64,000 nt of DNA, taken from Mobula hypostoma. Lineage: Eukaryota. This document shows, piece after piece, positions 1 through 10,936 of the stretch. Position 1 is the first letter of the stretch. Every line of letters begins with the position of its first letter. Both the position numbers and the translations under genes were made by a program. The DNA lies in the NCBI RefSeq assembly GCF_963921235.1, contig NC_086107.1:111416001-111480000 (forward strand), read 5' to 3'. The notes below the pieces were generated by a model, which made no database searches, was not told the DNA's origin, and saw nothing but the letters and a program-made list of their open reading frames with translations.

Positions 1-73
1 CTGCGATTCAGTTGTGAATCGTGGAGGAGGTGCAACATCACACCACGCTCAACAAAAGTGACCCCAGCTTGTG

Positions 74-745
74 AGTACAGCAGGCGGAGAAAAAGGCGAA
101 TGGTATGCTGGCATTTATAGCAAGAGGATTCGAGTACAGGAGCAGGGAGGTACGACTGCAGTTGTACAAGGCCTTGGTGAGACCACACCTGGAGTATTGT
201 GTGCAGTTTTGGTCCCCTAATCTGAGGAAAGACATCCTTGCCATAGAGGGAGTACAAACAAGGCTCACCAGATTGATTCCTGGGATGGCAGGACTTTCAT
301 ATGATGAAAGACTGGATCGACTAGGCTTATACTCACTGGAATTTAGAAGATCGAGGGGGGATCTTATTGAAACGTATAAAATCCTAAAGGGATTGGACAG
401 GCTAGATGCAGGAAGATTGTTCCTGATGTTGGGGAAGTCCAGAACGAGGGGTCACAGTTTGAGGATAAAGGGGAAGCCTTTTAGGACCGAGATGAGGAAA
501 AACTTCTTCACACAGAGAGTGGTGAATCTGTGGAATTCTCTGCCACAGGAAACAGCTGAAGCCAGTTCATTGGCTATATTTAAGAGGGAGTTAGATATGG
601 CTCTTGTGGCTAAAGGGATCAGGGGGTATGGAGAGGAGGCAGGTACAGGGTTCTGAGTTGGATGATCAGCCATGATCATACTGAGTGGCGGTGCAGGCTC
701 GAAGGGCTGAATGGCCTACTCCTGCACCTATTTTCTATGTTTCTA
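74..745 (+). mobile_element. CR1-clade LINE, 5'-truncated 3' end (young)
   Basis: ORF 105-656 (LYKALVRPHLEYCVQFWSP...LYSLEFRR.RGDLIETYKIL...TRGH...RKNFFTQRVVNLWNSLP) is the CR1 ORF2 C-terminus. Typical 3' UTR (GAAGGGCTGAATGGCCTACTCCTG) and a CTATGTTT-type tail follow. Confidence 0.95.
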
Positions 746-789
746 CTGAGGACGTGGCTGAAGTCTTGTTCAAGCGAGTGCTCAGTAAA

Positions 790-925
790 TGATGCCAAGC
801 AACAAACACAAAACTGAAGGAACTCAGCCAGTCGGGCAGCATCTATGAAGAGGAATAAACTGTGGATGGTTCAGGCTGAGACATTTCATCGGGACTTGGA
901 AAAGAATGGAGAGGAAGCCAGAAGA
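790..925 (-). mobile_element. Penelope-derived terminal repeat fragment with degenerate hammerhead motif
   Basis: Reverse complement of the family seen at 3520-3830 (GGAACTCAGC..GGCAGCATCTATG; TTCATCGGGACT). Confidence 0.7.
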
Positions 926-937
926 GGAATGTCCTCA

Positions 938-1150
938 TGCACGTGGCCAGGTGGCTAAGGCGTTCGTCTAGTGATCTCAAGGTCGCTGGTTCGAGCCTCA
1001 GCTGAGGTAGCGTGTTTGTGCCCTTGAGCAAGGCACTTAACCACACATTGCTCTAGTCTGTGCGAGGAGTGGCGCCCCACACAGACTTCCAATCTGCGCC
1101 CTGTAAGGCATGAAAATGCCCGACGCAGGCCTCTCACGGTCTGAGTCGAC
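938..1150 (+). mobile_element. tRNA-derived SINE
   Basis: A-box TGGCCAGGTGG and B-box GGTTCGAGCC, then GTGCCCTTGAGCAAGGCACTTAACCAC. Its head is shared with the copies at 14136-14425 and 19640-19938. Confidence 0.85.
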
Positions 1151-1171
1151 ATTCCCTCCCCTCCCCCTCCC

Positions 1172-1460
1172 CATGCAGGATTCCCTAAAGGTTAACTTGC
1201 AGGTTGAGTCAGTGGTGAAGAAGGCATATGCAATGTTAGCATTCATTGGACTAGAATATTAAAGCAAGGGTGTAATGTTGAGGCTTTATAAATCACTGAT
1301 AAGGCCTGACTTGGACTGTTATGAGCGGTTTTGGGCCCACTGTCTCAGAAAAGATGAAGAGGATTCAGAGAAGGTTTACAAAAATGATTCTGAGAATGAA
1401 AAGGTGACTATATGAGGATCGGTTGGTGGCTCTGGGCCTATACTCACTAGAATTCAGAAG
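1172..1460 (+). mobile_element. Degenerate CR1 fragment, resuming at about 2143-2250 after nested insertions
   Basis: Similar to 74-745 with stops. The sequence AGAATTCAGAAG...AAGAATGAGGAGAGGGAGTCTCATTGAA continues across the insertion. Confidence 0.75.
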
Positions 1461-2142
1461 ATAGATAGATAGATCCTTTATTGATCCCAATGGAAATTAC
1501 AATGTCTCAAAATAGGCATCCGTTAGTCTCATGACACCATGGATATGCACCTTGGAAGGTCTCCAGGGTGCAGGCCTGGGCAAGGTTGTATGGAAGACTG
1601 GCAGTTGCTCATGCTGCAAGTCTCCCCTCTCCACAACACCAATGTTGTCCAAGGGAAGGGCATTAGGACCCATACAGTTTGGCATCAGTGTCGTCGCAGA
1701 GCAATGTGTGGCTGAGTCACATTGTCACAGTAGCATTACAAATGCACAGATATTCAAATATTAGAAGGGAAGTAAGAAAGAATAAAAAAAATAAGTTACC
1801 TCAAACAGTCTAACGGGAGGGGGTCATCACTTCCCCAGCTACAGGTTGACTCATTATAGAGCCTAATGCCAAGGGTAAGAATAACCCCATATAGCGCTCT
1901 TCGGAACAGCACAGTTGTCTTAGTCTATTACTAAAAGTGCTCCTCTGTTTAACCAAGGTGGCATGCAGAGGGTGAGGAACGTTGTCCAGAATTGCCAAGA
2001 TTTTCTGTAGGGTCCTTTGTTTTACCACAGCCAGTGTGAGCCTCAGTGTGACTCCTATAACAGAGCCAGACTTTCTATCAGTTTACTGAGCCTGTTGGCA
2101 TTGCCCGTGTCGATGCCATTGCCCCAGCACACCACCGCATAG
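1458..2142 (-). mobile_element. Rex1/Babar-like LINE 3' fragment with (TATC)n tail, interrupted by a SINE at 1515-1712
   Basis: Minus-strand peptides WCAGAMASTR and KILAILDNVPHPLH...RLRQLCCSEERYMGLFLPLA resemble the Rex1/Babar ORF2 C-terminus. Confidence 0.7.
1515..1712 (-). mobile_element. SINE body/3' part (RTE-like tail)
   Basis: Closely similar to the 3' parts of 14136-14425 and 19640-19938 (GGCATCCGTTAGTCTC...GGAAGGGCATTAGGACCCATACAG). Confidence 0.8.
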
Positions 2143-2253
2143 AAGAATGAGGAGAGGGAGTCTCATTGAAGCCTATCAAATGTTGAAAGATCTTGATAGA
2201 GAAGATGTGGAGGGGATGTTTCCTATGGTGGGGCAGTCTAGTATCAGAGACCT

Positions 2254-2390
2254 GAGTTCTGCTGAAGGGTCTCAGCCCGAAACGTCCACTGTTTACTCTG
2301 TTCCACAGATGCTGCCTGGCCTGCTGAGTTCCTCCAGCATTTTGTATGTGCTGCTTGGATATCCAGCATCTGCAGATTTTCTCTTGTTTG
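2254..2390 (+). mobile_element. Penelope-derived terminal repeat with hammerhead motif (core A-to-C mutation)
   Basis: AGTT CTGCTGA AGGGTCTCAGCCC GAAACGTC CACT, followed by the family tail GATGCTGCCTGGCCTGCTGAGTTCCTCCAGC. Confidence 0.8.
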
Positions 2391-2747
2391 TGATTGCACC
2401 ACATCTTGGTATTGGTATTGGTTTTATTATTGTCACACGTACCAAGTTACAGTGAAAAGATTGTCTTGCATATGCACTCGGCTGGTGCAGTAACCTTTTG
2501 TAATGCATCAAAAGCCATCTGCTGGTCCAGATACTATTACAACTGCTGGTTCCTCTTTCTCAAGCCTTGCTACAGCCTCAAAGAACGCTAGCAAATTTGG
2601 CAATAACTATTTCCCCTTATCACAATGATATAATTTTCTGAATGGTCTGTGACACCTCATTGATAATGGATTCCCACATTTTCCCAATGTGAGATGTTAG
2701 GCTAACTGCGGCTTACGTTCCACATTTCTGCTTCTTTCTCCTTTCTT

Positions 2748-3110
2748 AAGATTAAGATTGTTTAATGTTATTTCCGGTACACAAGTGTAAAGGAGAATGA
2801 AATAATTGTTGCCCCAGATCTGATGCAGCACCAAAAAAGAACACAATAATAATAAAAAGACAGACAATAAAAAAGTAAAATAAATAAATATAAATACATA
2901 AAATAGCTTATATACATGGACTGATCGTATGTCCCTAAAGTGACTCTAGGCATTGGAGTGTCTGTATATAAAGTGACTCTGACAGGGAATGATAAAGTAG
3001 TGGTGGTTGGGGGTGTAGAGGGGTGGGTTAGTGGGTGGAGGGGTTGATCAGCCTTACTGCTTGGGGAAAGGAACAGTGTTTGAGTCTGGTGGTCCTGGCG
3101 TGGATGACAG
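2748..3110 (-). mobile_element. Rex1/Babar-derived non-autonomous 3' fragment
   Basis: Matches 26055-26600 (ACAAGTGTAA.G.AGAATGAAATAATTGTT; GTCTGGTGGTCCTGGCGTGGATG), with a (AATCTT)n tail. Confidence 0.7.
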
Positions 3111-3519
3111 CCTCCTCCATGATGTTGCTTTTGCCATTTTCCAAGCCCATGGGATCTCTACTGAATATTGGCAGATTGCTCTCAGGGCATCTGCAACCTG
3201 AACGCAGGAAACGGCTGGAAGATTGCCCTCAAGGCATCTGCGCTCTATCTAGCTACTTCCTTTTAGGATCTAGGATTTAGACTGTTATGTCAAGAATCAT
3301 TAATCTTTATCCCCATTAGTTTACTGAGTACACCTTCTCTAGTAATAAAGATTCTTTTAGTTCCTCACTCTCCTTACGCCCTTAAATTATCTCTTAAGAT
3401 TGGACTGTTTTAACATCTATTGCTGAGAAAGACTGATCCAAGATAATCATTAGGAATTGCCACCATTCTCTGTTTCTCATTATTGATTCCCCATTTTCAT
3501 TCTTTAAGGCACCAATGTC

Positions 3520-3830
3520 TACTTCCTTCTTCTCCATCTCTTTTCCTCTTCCACCGATCACCTCCCAGCATCTCACTTTATCACACCCCTCTCCCAATCC
3601 ACCCACTTTCCCCCTCACCTATCACCTGCCAGCGTGTACTCTTTCCCCTCCCCCCACCTCCTTATTCCGGCTTCTCTCCCACCCCCCCCGCCTTCCTTTT
3701 CAGTCCTGATGAAGGGTCTTGGCCCGAAACGTTGACTGTTTATCCCCCTGCATCGATGCCGCCTGACCTGCTGAGTTCCTCCAGCACCATGTGTGTGTTG
3801 CTCTGGATTTTCCGCATGTGCAGATTCCCT
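3520..3830 (+). mobile_element. Penelope-like element pseudo-LTR
   Basis: Pyrimidine-rich leader, hammerhead motif and conserved tail. The same organisation follows the Penelope ORF ends at 23795-24505 and 42915-43365. Confidence 0.85.
3701..3738 (+). ncRNA. Minimal type I hammerhead ribozyme motif (Penelope-associated), intact
   Basis: CAGTC-CTGATGA-A-GGGT(CTTG)GCCC-GAAAC-GTT-GACTG. Helix I is CAGTC/GACTG, the CUGAUGA and GAAA cores are conserved, helix II is present, and palindromic ACGT replaces helix III. Confidence 0.8.
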
Positions 3831-4554
3831 TTTGTTAGCGCCCTCTTTATTTTCTCATCTAAGTGCCAGTAGGAATTCTGTGACTCAGTCTTCATATAAC
3901 TCGCCAGTTTACTGTCACCGTTTAATCTCCTGCCTGAGTCCTGATGAAGGATTTCAGCTTAGAATGTTGACGTTCCTTTCCAGAGTGCTGCCTGATCTGC
4001 TGAGCTCATTTTTAATTTTTTGTTTTTGAGATACAGGATGGTAACAGGCCCTTCTGGCCCAACGAGCCCGCCCGTGGGACCAATTAACCTACTAACCTTC
4101 GGAATATGGGAGGAACTTGGAGGACACCCATGTAGTCACGGGAACAACATAGATACTCCCTACAAATTGTTGGGGGGGGTGAACTCAGTTCACTGGCACT
4201 GTGGTAGTGTTACGCTAGAACATATAGAATAGTACAGCACATTACTGGCCCTTCGGCCCTCAACGTTGTGCCGACCCTGTACTGACGTTACTGTACTGCC
4301 TCCAAAAATTCCTCCTTTATTCGATGTGTGTCTTCCATATTCCAACACCGGCAGAATCTCTTGTCTTTATTATCTCCTCCCTCCTTTCAGTTATTCTAAA
4401 CTTAATAGTCACTTTTTACTGCAACAGTGAAGTTTGCCAGTGCTCTGGTTTTTAATTTTGTACCTGGATGTAGAGACCAGTACAAATACTAACTCCAAGA
4501 TTGAAGGCGTCATAATAAGGCAGCTGGAATCTTGGTTTCCTCTCTCGGGTGTTA

Positions 4555-4835
4555 CCGCAGTGTAGTGGTCAGCACTACGCTTTATGGTACAGGAGACCCC
4601 GCTTCACTTCCTGCTGCTGCCTTTAAGGAGTTTGTACGCTCTCCCCGTGACCATGTGGGTTTCCTCTGGTGCTCTGGCTTCCCACCACGGTTCAAAGACG
4701 TACCAGTTAGTAGGATAATTGGTCATTGTAAATTGTCCCTTGGTTAGGCTGGGATTAAAGCTGGTTACTGGGTGGTGTGGCTTGACGGACCGAAACGGCC
4801 TATTCTGCGCGGTATCTCAATAGCTAAATAAATAA
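4555..4835 (+). mobile_element. HE1-like V-SINE
   Basis: tRNA-like head GTAGTGGTCAGCAC and V-domain GGAGTTTGTACG.TCTCCCCGTGACC..GTGGGTTTCCTC.GGTGCTC.GG.TTCC. Further copies lie near 4030-4210(-), 18100-18270(-), 18960-19170(+), 26950-27120(+), 31440-31680(-), 34150-34370(-), 43490-43610(-) and 46850-47080(-). Confidence 0.8.
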
Positions 4836-4924
4836 AGTAGGGCAGGGTAAAGGGTGAAGTGGTGATCTTAATCAAAGACGTGAAGTAGTCTGGAGTTTGT
4901 CTGCGAAACACAGGTTTCTGGTGC

Positions 4925-5552
4925 AATTCTCCATTGACGTCATAGCGAGCATCCTCACATCAGCCGTCACTGTCTGGTTCGGTGCAGCAACCTCTCACCG
5001 TACACAAAACTTACAGTGAACTGTCAGGTCTGCAGGAAGGGTCATTGGCTGCAGCCTACCATCACTGCAGGACTCCTGTGTGTCTAGGACACAGAAGCAG
5101 GCAGGAGAAATCATTGTGGACCCTACTCACCCAGCCAACTGCCTTTTCCAAAGGCTTCCCCCTTTCTGGAAAGTGCTCAGGCGCAATCAAAACAAAAACT
5201 TCACACCACCTTCGAAGTTTCTCCCCCCCCCCGCCGCCCACAGGCAGTTAATCTGATCAACCATTCTAGTTAGCCCTCCACGCCCCCCTCTATTACCCCA
5301 TCGCTGCACTGCTCTGTGAACACTTTAAAGCACCTTTCACAAAACTGTTTATACTTCAAATACAAGCTGGTATTTATATATTCATGCATGCTTTATTCCA
5401 TATCCACAATTTAACCTCTAATTTTATTTTGTATATAATTCTTTATAATTGTCTAAAGTGGTTTTTGTTGCATCTCGCACCCTGACCAGCTCACCACAGC
5501 AAATTCCTAATACATGTAAACACATACGGCGAATAAAGTTGATCTTTAATTT
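4925..5552 (+). mobile_element. Rex1/Babar-like LINE 3' end (decayed)
   Basis: Frameshifted peptide pieces ASILTSAVTVWFGAA...LSGKCSGAIKTKTSHHLRSF. The 3' UTR ending AATAAAGTTGATCT is shared with about 11465-11695. Confidence 0.7.
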
Positions 5553-5577
5553 GCATACTCATTTAGCCAAATGATAT

Positions 5578-6126
5578 ACAGTACAGTCAGTAGCCACTTT
5601 ATTAGTTACTGCCTGTGCCTAATAGAGTAATCAGTGAGCATATGTTTGTGGTCTTCTGCTGCAGTAGCCCATCCACTTCAAGATTCAGCGTGATGTGCAT
5701 TCAGAGACGCTCTTCTGCACACCACTGTTGTGACACGTGGTTATTTGAGTTACTGTAGCCTTCCTGTCAGCTTTAACCAGTCTGACCATTTTCCTCTGAC
5801 TTCTCTCATTGACAAGCTGTTTCCGCCCACAAAGCTGTTGCTCAATGGACTTTTTGTTTTTCACACTATTCTCTGCAAACTCTAGAAAATTGTGCATTCC
5901 AGGAGATCAGCAGCTTCTGAGATACTCAAACCACCCCACTGGTCAGCAATAATTATTCCACAGTCGAAGTCACTTAGATCACATTTCTTCCCCATTCTGA
6001 TGTTTGGTCTGAATAACAACTGAACTTCTTGACCATGTTGGCATGCTTTCATGCATTGAGTTGCTGCCACGTGATTGGCAGATTAGATATTTGCATTAGC
6101 AAGCAAATAAAGAGGCCACTGAGTGC
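5578..6126 (-). mobile_element. Tc1-like non-autonomous DNA transposon retaining the transposase N-terminus
   Basis: Degenerate TIRs (CAGTAGCCACTTTATT / AATAAAGAGGCCACTGAGTG). Minus-strand MGKKCDLSDFD...GLSISEAADLL and GRKQLVNERSQRKMVRLVKADRKATVTQIT correspond to the paired-like HTH region. Confidence 0.85.
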
Positions 6127-6425
6127 ATGTGAAGGATGAGATTTGCAACGATTTGGGTTCTTTCAGAAGAAACACTTCACAGGTTGACAAATCAGAAGTC
6201 AGCTGTGCTTACGAATGTATCTCAGTTACCAAAAATTCTAACAGCTCTTGTCAGATCTATTTCTGCTTTCATTCAATAATTCTTTCCTAACAAAAGTACA
6301 ACACTGAGTCAAAGATGCAAGCGCCAAGCTGCAAAGATTTGCAGAGGATGACGAGGTCTGAGTCATTCCACAGATATGTAACATTAAAGGACATCAATGG
6401 ATTTTTTTTTTCGTTTTGCTTCCAG

Positions 6426-6446
6426 ATAGGTTAAACATTGCAGGAG
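6426..6446 (+). other. Candidate 21-nt micro-exon (unconfirmed)
   Basis: T-rich tract plus CAG acceptor at 6423-6425 and GAG|GTAAGT donor at 6447, in unique sequence. Only one frame is open (x-RLNIAG-x). Confidence 0.25.
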
Positions 6447-6569
6447 GTAAGTGAACTTCCTGATGTTCTTCTGTGGCAGTGACCTTGAACCAACAAGGGA
6501 CAAACCCTGTCAGAAAGAGCAACGAGTAATGCACCAGGTTTGGTTAAATTCTCCTGACGCATGATTACT

Positions 6570-7585
6570 TAGAGTCGTGGAGCACTGAAAACACAGAAAC
6601 AGGCCCTTCAGTCCATCTAGTGCCAAACTATTATTCTGCCTAGTCCCATCGACCTGCACTTGGACCATAGCTCTCCATACCCCTCCCATCCATATACCTA
6701 CCCAAATTACTCTTAAATATTGAAATCAAAACTCTCAGCCACTACCTCTGCTGTCGGCTTATTCCACACTCTCACCACGCCTCTGAGTGAAAAAATTCCC
6801 CCTCAAGTTCTCCTGAAATATTTCACCTTTCATCCTTAACCACTAGTTCTAGTCGCATCCAACCTAAATGGATGAAGTTTGCTTGTGCTTACCCCACCTG
6901 TAATTTTATATACCTTTTTCAAATCTTCCCTCAATCTCCTACAATCCGGGGAAATACAGTCCTACTCCATAGAAACCATAGAAACTACAGCACAGAAACA
7001 GGCCTTTTGGCCCTTCTTGGCTGTGCCGAACAATTTTCTGCCTAGTCCCACTAACCTGCACACAGACCATATCCCTCCATACACCTCCCATCCATGTATC
7101 TGTCCAATTTATTCTTAAATGTTAAAAAAGAACCCGCATTTACCACCTCGTCTGGCAGCTCATTCCATACTCCCACCACTCTCTGTGTGAAGAAGCCCCC
7201 CCAATGTTCCCTTTAAACTTTTCCCCCCTCACCCGTAACCCATGTCCTCTGGTTTTTTTCTCCCCTTGCCTCAGTGGAAAAAGCCTGCTTGCATTCATTC
7301 TATCTATACCCATCATAATTTTATATACCTCTATCAAATCTCCCCTCATTCTTCTACGCTCCAGGGAATAAAGTCCTAACCTATTCAACCTTTCTCTGTA
7401 ACTGAGTTTCTCAAGTCCCAGCAACATCCTTGTTAACCTTCTCTGCACTCTTTCAACCTTATTTATATCCTTCCTATAATTTGGTGACCAAAACTGAACA
7501 CAGTACTCCAGATTCGGCCTCACCAATGCCTTATACAACCTCATCATAACATTCCAGCTCTTATACTCAATACTTTGATTAATAA
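6570..7585 (-). mobile_element. Two adjacent CR1 3' ends (6570-6965 older, 6966-7585 younger)
   Basis: ORF 7140-7547 (LYKALVRPNLEYCVQFWSP...RGDLIEVYKIM...TRGH). Tail repeat CCATAGAAA x2 at about 6968-6985. Confidence 0.9.
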
Positions 7586-7799
7586 ACTCCTTTAACTCGG
7601 ATACTCAAATCCCAGCAACATTGATTTAAAATCATTTATTTAAGAGCGATCATAACAGGCCCACACCTCTGTGGAAGTCCTGGGCACCAGGGATCCTGCA
7701 CCGCTAACTACTCCTGTAGCCTTCCACTGGAGACAAACACAGACTTTCCCTTTCTCAGCATGGAAAACTGCCCCTAATGTTGGCGGGATTGAGGGTGTT

Positions 7800-8160
7800 A
7801 AGACCACAAGACATAGGAGCAGAATTAGGTCATTTGGCCCATCGAGTCTGCTCCACCAATCCATCATGACTGATTTATTATCTCTCTCAACCCCATTCTC
7901 CTGCCTTCTACCCATAACCTTTGACAGCCTGACTAAACAAGAACCTATCAACCTCTGCTTTAAATATACCCAACGACTTGGCCTCTGTGGCTGTCTGTGG
8001 CAATGAGTTTCACACTTTTACCACTCTCTGGCTAAAGAAATTCCTCTTCACCTCCGCTCTAAAGGAATGCCTTTGTATTCTGAGCCTGTACTCTTCGGTC
8101 CTAGAATCCCACACTATCGTAAACATCCTCTCCACGTCCACTCTGTCTAGGCCTTGTCCT
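7800..8160 (-). mobile_element. CR1 3' end
   Basis: AGACCACAAGACATAGGAGCAGAATTAGG tail and CCACTCTCTGGCTAAAGAAATTCCTC (the FFSQRVV region). Similar copies lie at 19175-19505, 20860-21290, 36235-36780 and 40775-41035. Confidence 0.85.
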
Positions 8161-8203
8161 TAGTACAGTAGAGTGGAGCAACTTGAGGTACCTCGCCCAA
8201 GCG

Positions 8204-8725
8204 CAGATATCCCACCCTGCAAAAACTCATTTCAGGGAGGTAGCACCATCAATTTCCGGGAGAGGTGGGATGTCTGCAATAGAGTAGCTCCTGAGCAGCT
8301 AGCCAGCTAGTTTAAATAACGTTAGCTATGCTAATGAACGAATGACTGTTAAACTCACCTCAACATGTCTTTTACAGTCTTAACTTACCACGGGCAATAG
8401 AAAAGTCACTGCTGCAAACAGTGCAGCCAGCAACACTGACATTATTTTTGACCCCTATTAGGCAGGGGTACACTTTAGTGTAGTCTGGGATGACGTACAT
8501 TTTATATTTTCTTATTTTAGAACATTCTGCCATGGCGCGCGCACTCTCGCTTGCTTGCTCTCGCTCTCTCTCGTGGTCGCTCTCAAGCTCTCTTGCTCAC
8601 TTGCTCTCTCGCCCGTTCACTCTCAAAAAAATTGATTTCCGTGATATTGCATATAATTTGCAGGCATCAGGGAGCCACTATTATGCGGGAGACTCCCGGA
8701 ACTTCCGGGAGAGGTGGGACGTCTG
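8204..8725. mobile_element. hAT-like non-autonomous DNA transposon with 6-bp TSD
   Basis: TIRs CAGATATCCCACC / GGTGGGACGTCTG, flanked by direct repeat CAAGCG (8198-8203, 8726-8731). It interrupts a repeat whose empty site is at about 28461 (CCCAAGGGTGACC). Confidence 0.8.
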
Positions 8726-8899
8726 CAAGCGTGACCTGCAGGCTAGCAGAGGGAAGGAGTGCATTACACCCCCTTTGACAGAATCGGGTCTCCGCACTGT
8801 AACCTGGTTCCAAATGATGGGGGGACTTGTTATTTAACCAAATCATTTTCAAAGATTACACATTTTTATTGCTGAAATATAGAAAAGAACATCATAATT

Positions 8900-9154
8900 T
8901 TGACCAAGTGTTGGAGGAACTCAGCAAATCAGGCAGCATCTATGGAGGGGAATATATGGTCGAAGCTTCGGCCCGAGATCCTTCATCAGGACTGGAAAGG
9001 AAGGGGGAAGAAGCCAGGATAAGGAGGAGGATAAGGGAAGGAGTACAAACTGGCAGGTGATACCGGCTGAGGGGGGAGAGGTAGTTGGGTAGGGGATGAG
9101 GTAAGAATTTGGGAACTGATAGGAGGAAGGGCTGAAAAAGAAGGAATCTAACAG
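8900..9154 (-). mobile_element. Penelope pseudo-LTR fragment with degenerate hammerhead
   Basis: GAGATCCTTCATCAGGACTGG is the reverse complement of the CTGATGA core, followed by the purine-rich (inverted) leader. Confidence 0.8.
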
Positions 9155-9666
9155 GAGGGAGTACAAAGAAGGTTCACCAGATTGATTCCTGGGATGGCAG
9201 GACTTTCATATGAAGAAAGACTGGATGAACTGGGCTTGTACTCGTTGGAGTTTAGAAGATTAAGGGGGGATCTGATTGAAACGTATAAGATCCTAAAGGG
9301 ATTGGACAGGTTAGATGCAGGAAGATTGTTCCCGATGTTGGGGAAGTCCAGAATGAGGGGCCACAGTTTGAGGATAGAGGGGAAGCCTTTTAGGACCGAG
9401 ATTAGGAAAAACTTCTTCACACAGAGAGTGGTGAATCTGTGGAATTCTCTGCCACAGGAAACTGTTGAGGCCAGTTCATTGGCTATATTTAAGAGGGAGT
9501 TAGATATGGCCCTTGTGGCTACGGGGATCAGGGGGTATGGAGAGAAGGCAGGTACAGGGTTCTGAGTTGTGAGTTGGATGATCAGCCATGATCATACTGA
9601 ATGGCGGTGCAGGCTCGAAGGGCCGAATGGCCTACTCCTGCACCTATTTTCTATGTTTCTATGTTT
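9155..9666 (+). mobile_element. CR1 3' half (young, same subfamily as 74-745)
   Basis: ORF 9182-9565 is nearly identical to the C-terminal part of ORF 105-656, with a (CTATGTTT)2 tail. Confidence 0.95.
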
Positions 9667-9811
9667 CCCTAACAATGACTGCCCTCCCCCTGCCCCTTTC
9701 CCACTCTTAGTCTGCAAAAGAGACTCATATAGAGAATTAGGTCACATACTGGATGTCATGAAATTTGTTTTTTTTTGTGACAGCAGTACAGTGCAAGATA
9801 TAAAATTACTA

Positions 9812-9869
9812 CAGTACTGTGCAAAAGTCTAGCCATACAATATGTGCCTAAGACTTTTACGCAGTACTG
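9812..9869. mobile_element. 58-bp Tc1/mariner-type MITE (TIRs only)
   Basis: CAGTACTGTGCAAAAGTCT...AGACTTTTACGCAGTACTG, flanked by TA on both sides. Confidence 0.8.
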
Positions 9870-10105
9870 TATAATCTTCCAAAGTTCTGTTCAAAGCTCC
9901 ACAAACACTTCTCGTTGCCTCAGTAAAGCAGCCAGCATAATCAAAGGCCCAACCGGACATTCTCTCTCCTCTCTTCCATCAGAAAGATACAAAGGCCTGA
10001 AAGTATGTACCACCAGGTTCAAGGACAGCTCCTACCCCGCTGTTCATCAGGTTCTTCTTCAACAGTTCTCTCATACAATAGGTGGACACTTGACCTCACA
10101 ATCAA

Positions 10106-10509
10106 CAGTGCTGCTCCAAAGTCTTAGACACATGAAAAAAATTCTGTAAAGTGGAGACGTTTTCAAAAATAATAAAAAGTTTCTAATTATCAAAACAGAG
10201 CAGTAAACAGTAAAAAAAAACTGGATCAGATCAATATTTAGTGTGACCACTCTTTGTCTTTAAAACTGCACCAATTCTCTTAGGTACAGTGTCGTGCAGT
10301 TTATTAAGAATATTGGCTGGTACGCTGTTGCAAGCATCTTGGAGAACTTGTCACAGTTCCTCTCCAGACTTTAGCTGTCTTGCTTGCTTCTGTCTCTCCA
10401 GGTGATCCCAGACAGCCTCAATAACATTGCGATCAGGGCTCAGTAGAGGTGGTAACATCTGAAACCATATAAAAAATCTCGGGTGCCTTAAGACTTTGGC
10501 ACAGTACTG
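10106..10509. mobile_element. Tc1-type non-autonomous element, same TIR family as 9812-9869
   Basis: Ends CAGTGCTGCTCCAAAGTCTTAGACAC / GTGCCTTAAGACTTTGGCACAGTACTG. A solo TIR lies at about 11420-11446. Confidence 0.75.
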
Positions 10510-10936
10510 TGCCTCATTCTGATCTCGCAGATTATTCTTTATCTACACTGCACTTTCTCCGCAGCTGTTACACTTTATTCTGCATTGTTATTGTTTTACC
10601 CTCTTCTACCTCAATGCACTGTGTAATGATCTGATCTGTATGCACAGTATGCAAGACAAGCTTTTCACTGTGTCTCAGTAGTAAACCAGTTCCAAAACTA
10701 ACTCAGAATACGTTCCTTTATATTGGAATAGAAGCATAAAGATGCTGAGAATTTAAGGTAAAAATTAACAGTGCAGAAAGCACCCAGCAGATCCATCAGT
10801 ATCTACAGACAGAGAAAAACAGAGCCAATGTCATGGTTCAGAAATATCATTTACCTGAAAAATCTTTCTCCATAGATACAGCCTGGTCTGCCAAGAATTT
10901 CATCCAATTTCTGCTATCTTTAACACTGTAAACCTG

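Noticed and set aside
105..656. 183-aa ORF as a host gene (also 7140-7547, 9182-9565, 35545-35781)
   Set aside because: These are CR1 ORF2 C-terminal fragments of truncated retrotransposon copies.
938..1010. tRNA genes (also about 14350-14425 and 31225-31297)
   Set aside because: The A/B boxes are followed by multi-copy SINE bodies, with no clean cloverleaf or terminator.
9812..9821. Tc1 TIR CAGTACTGT identical to part of the satellite monomer
   Set aside because: Only 9 bp, mostly a palindrome, and the similarity does not extend.
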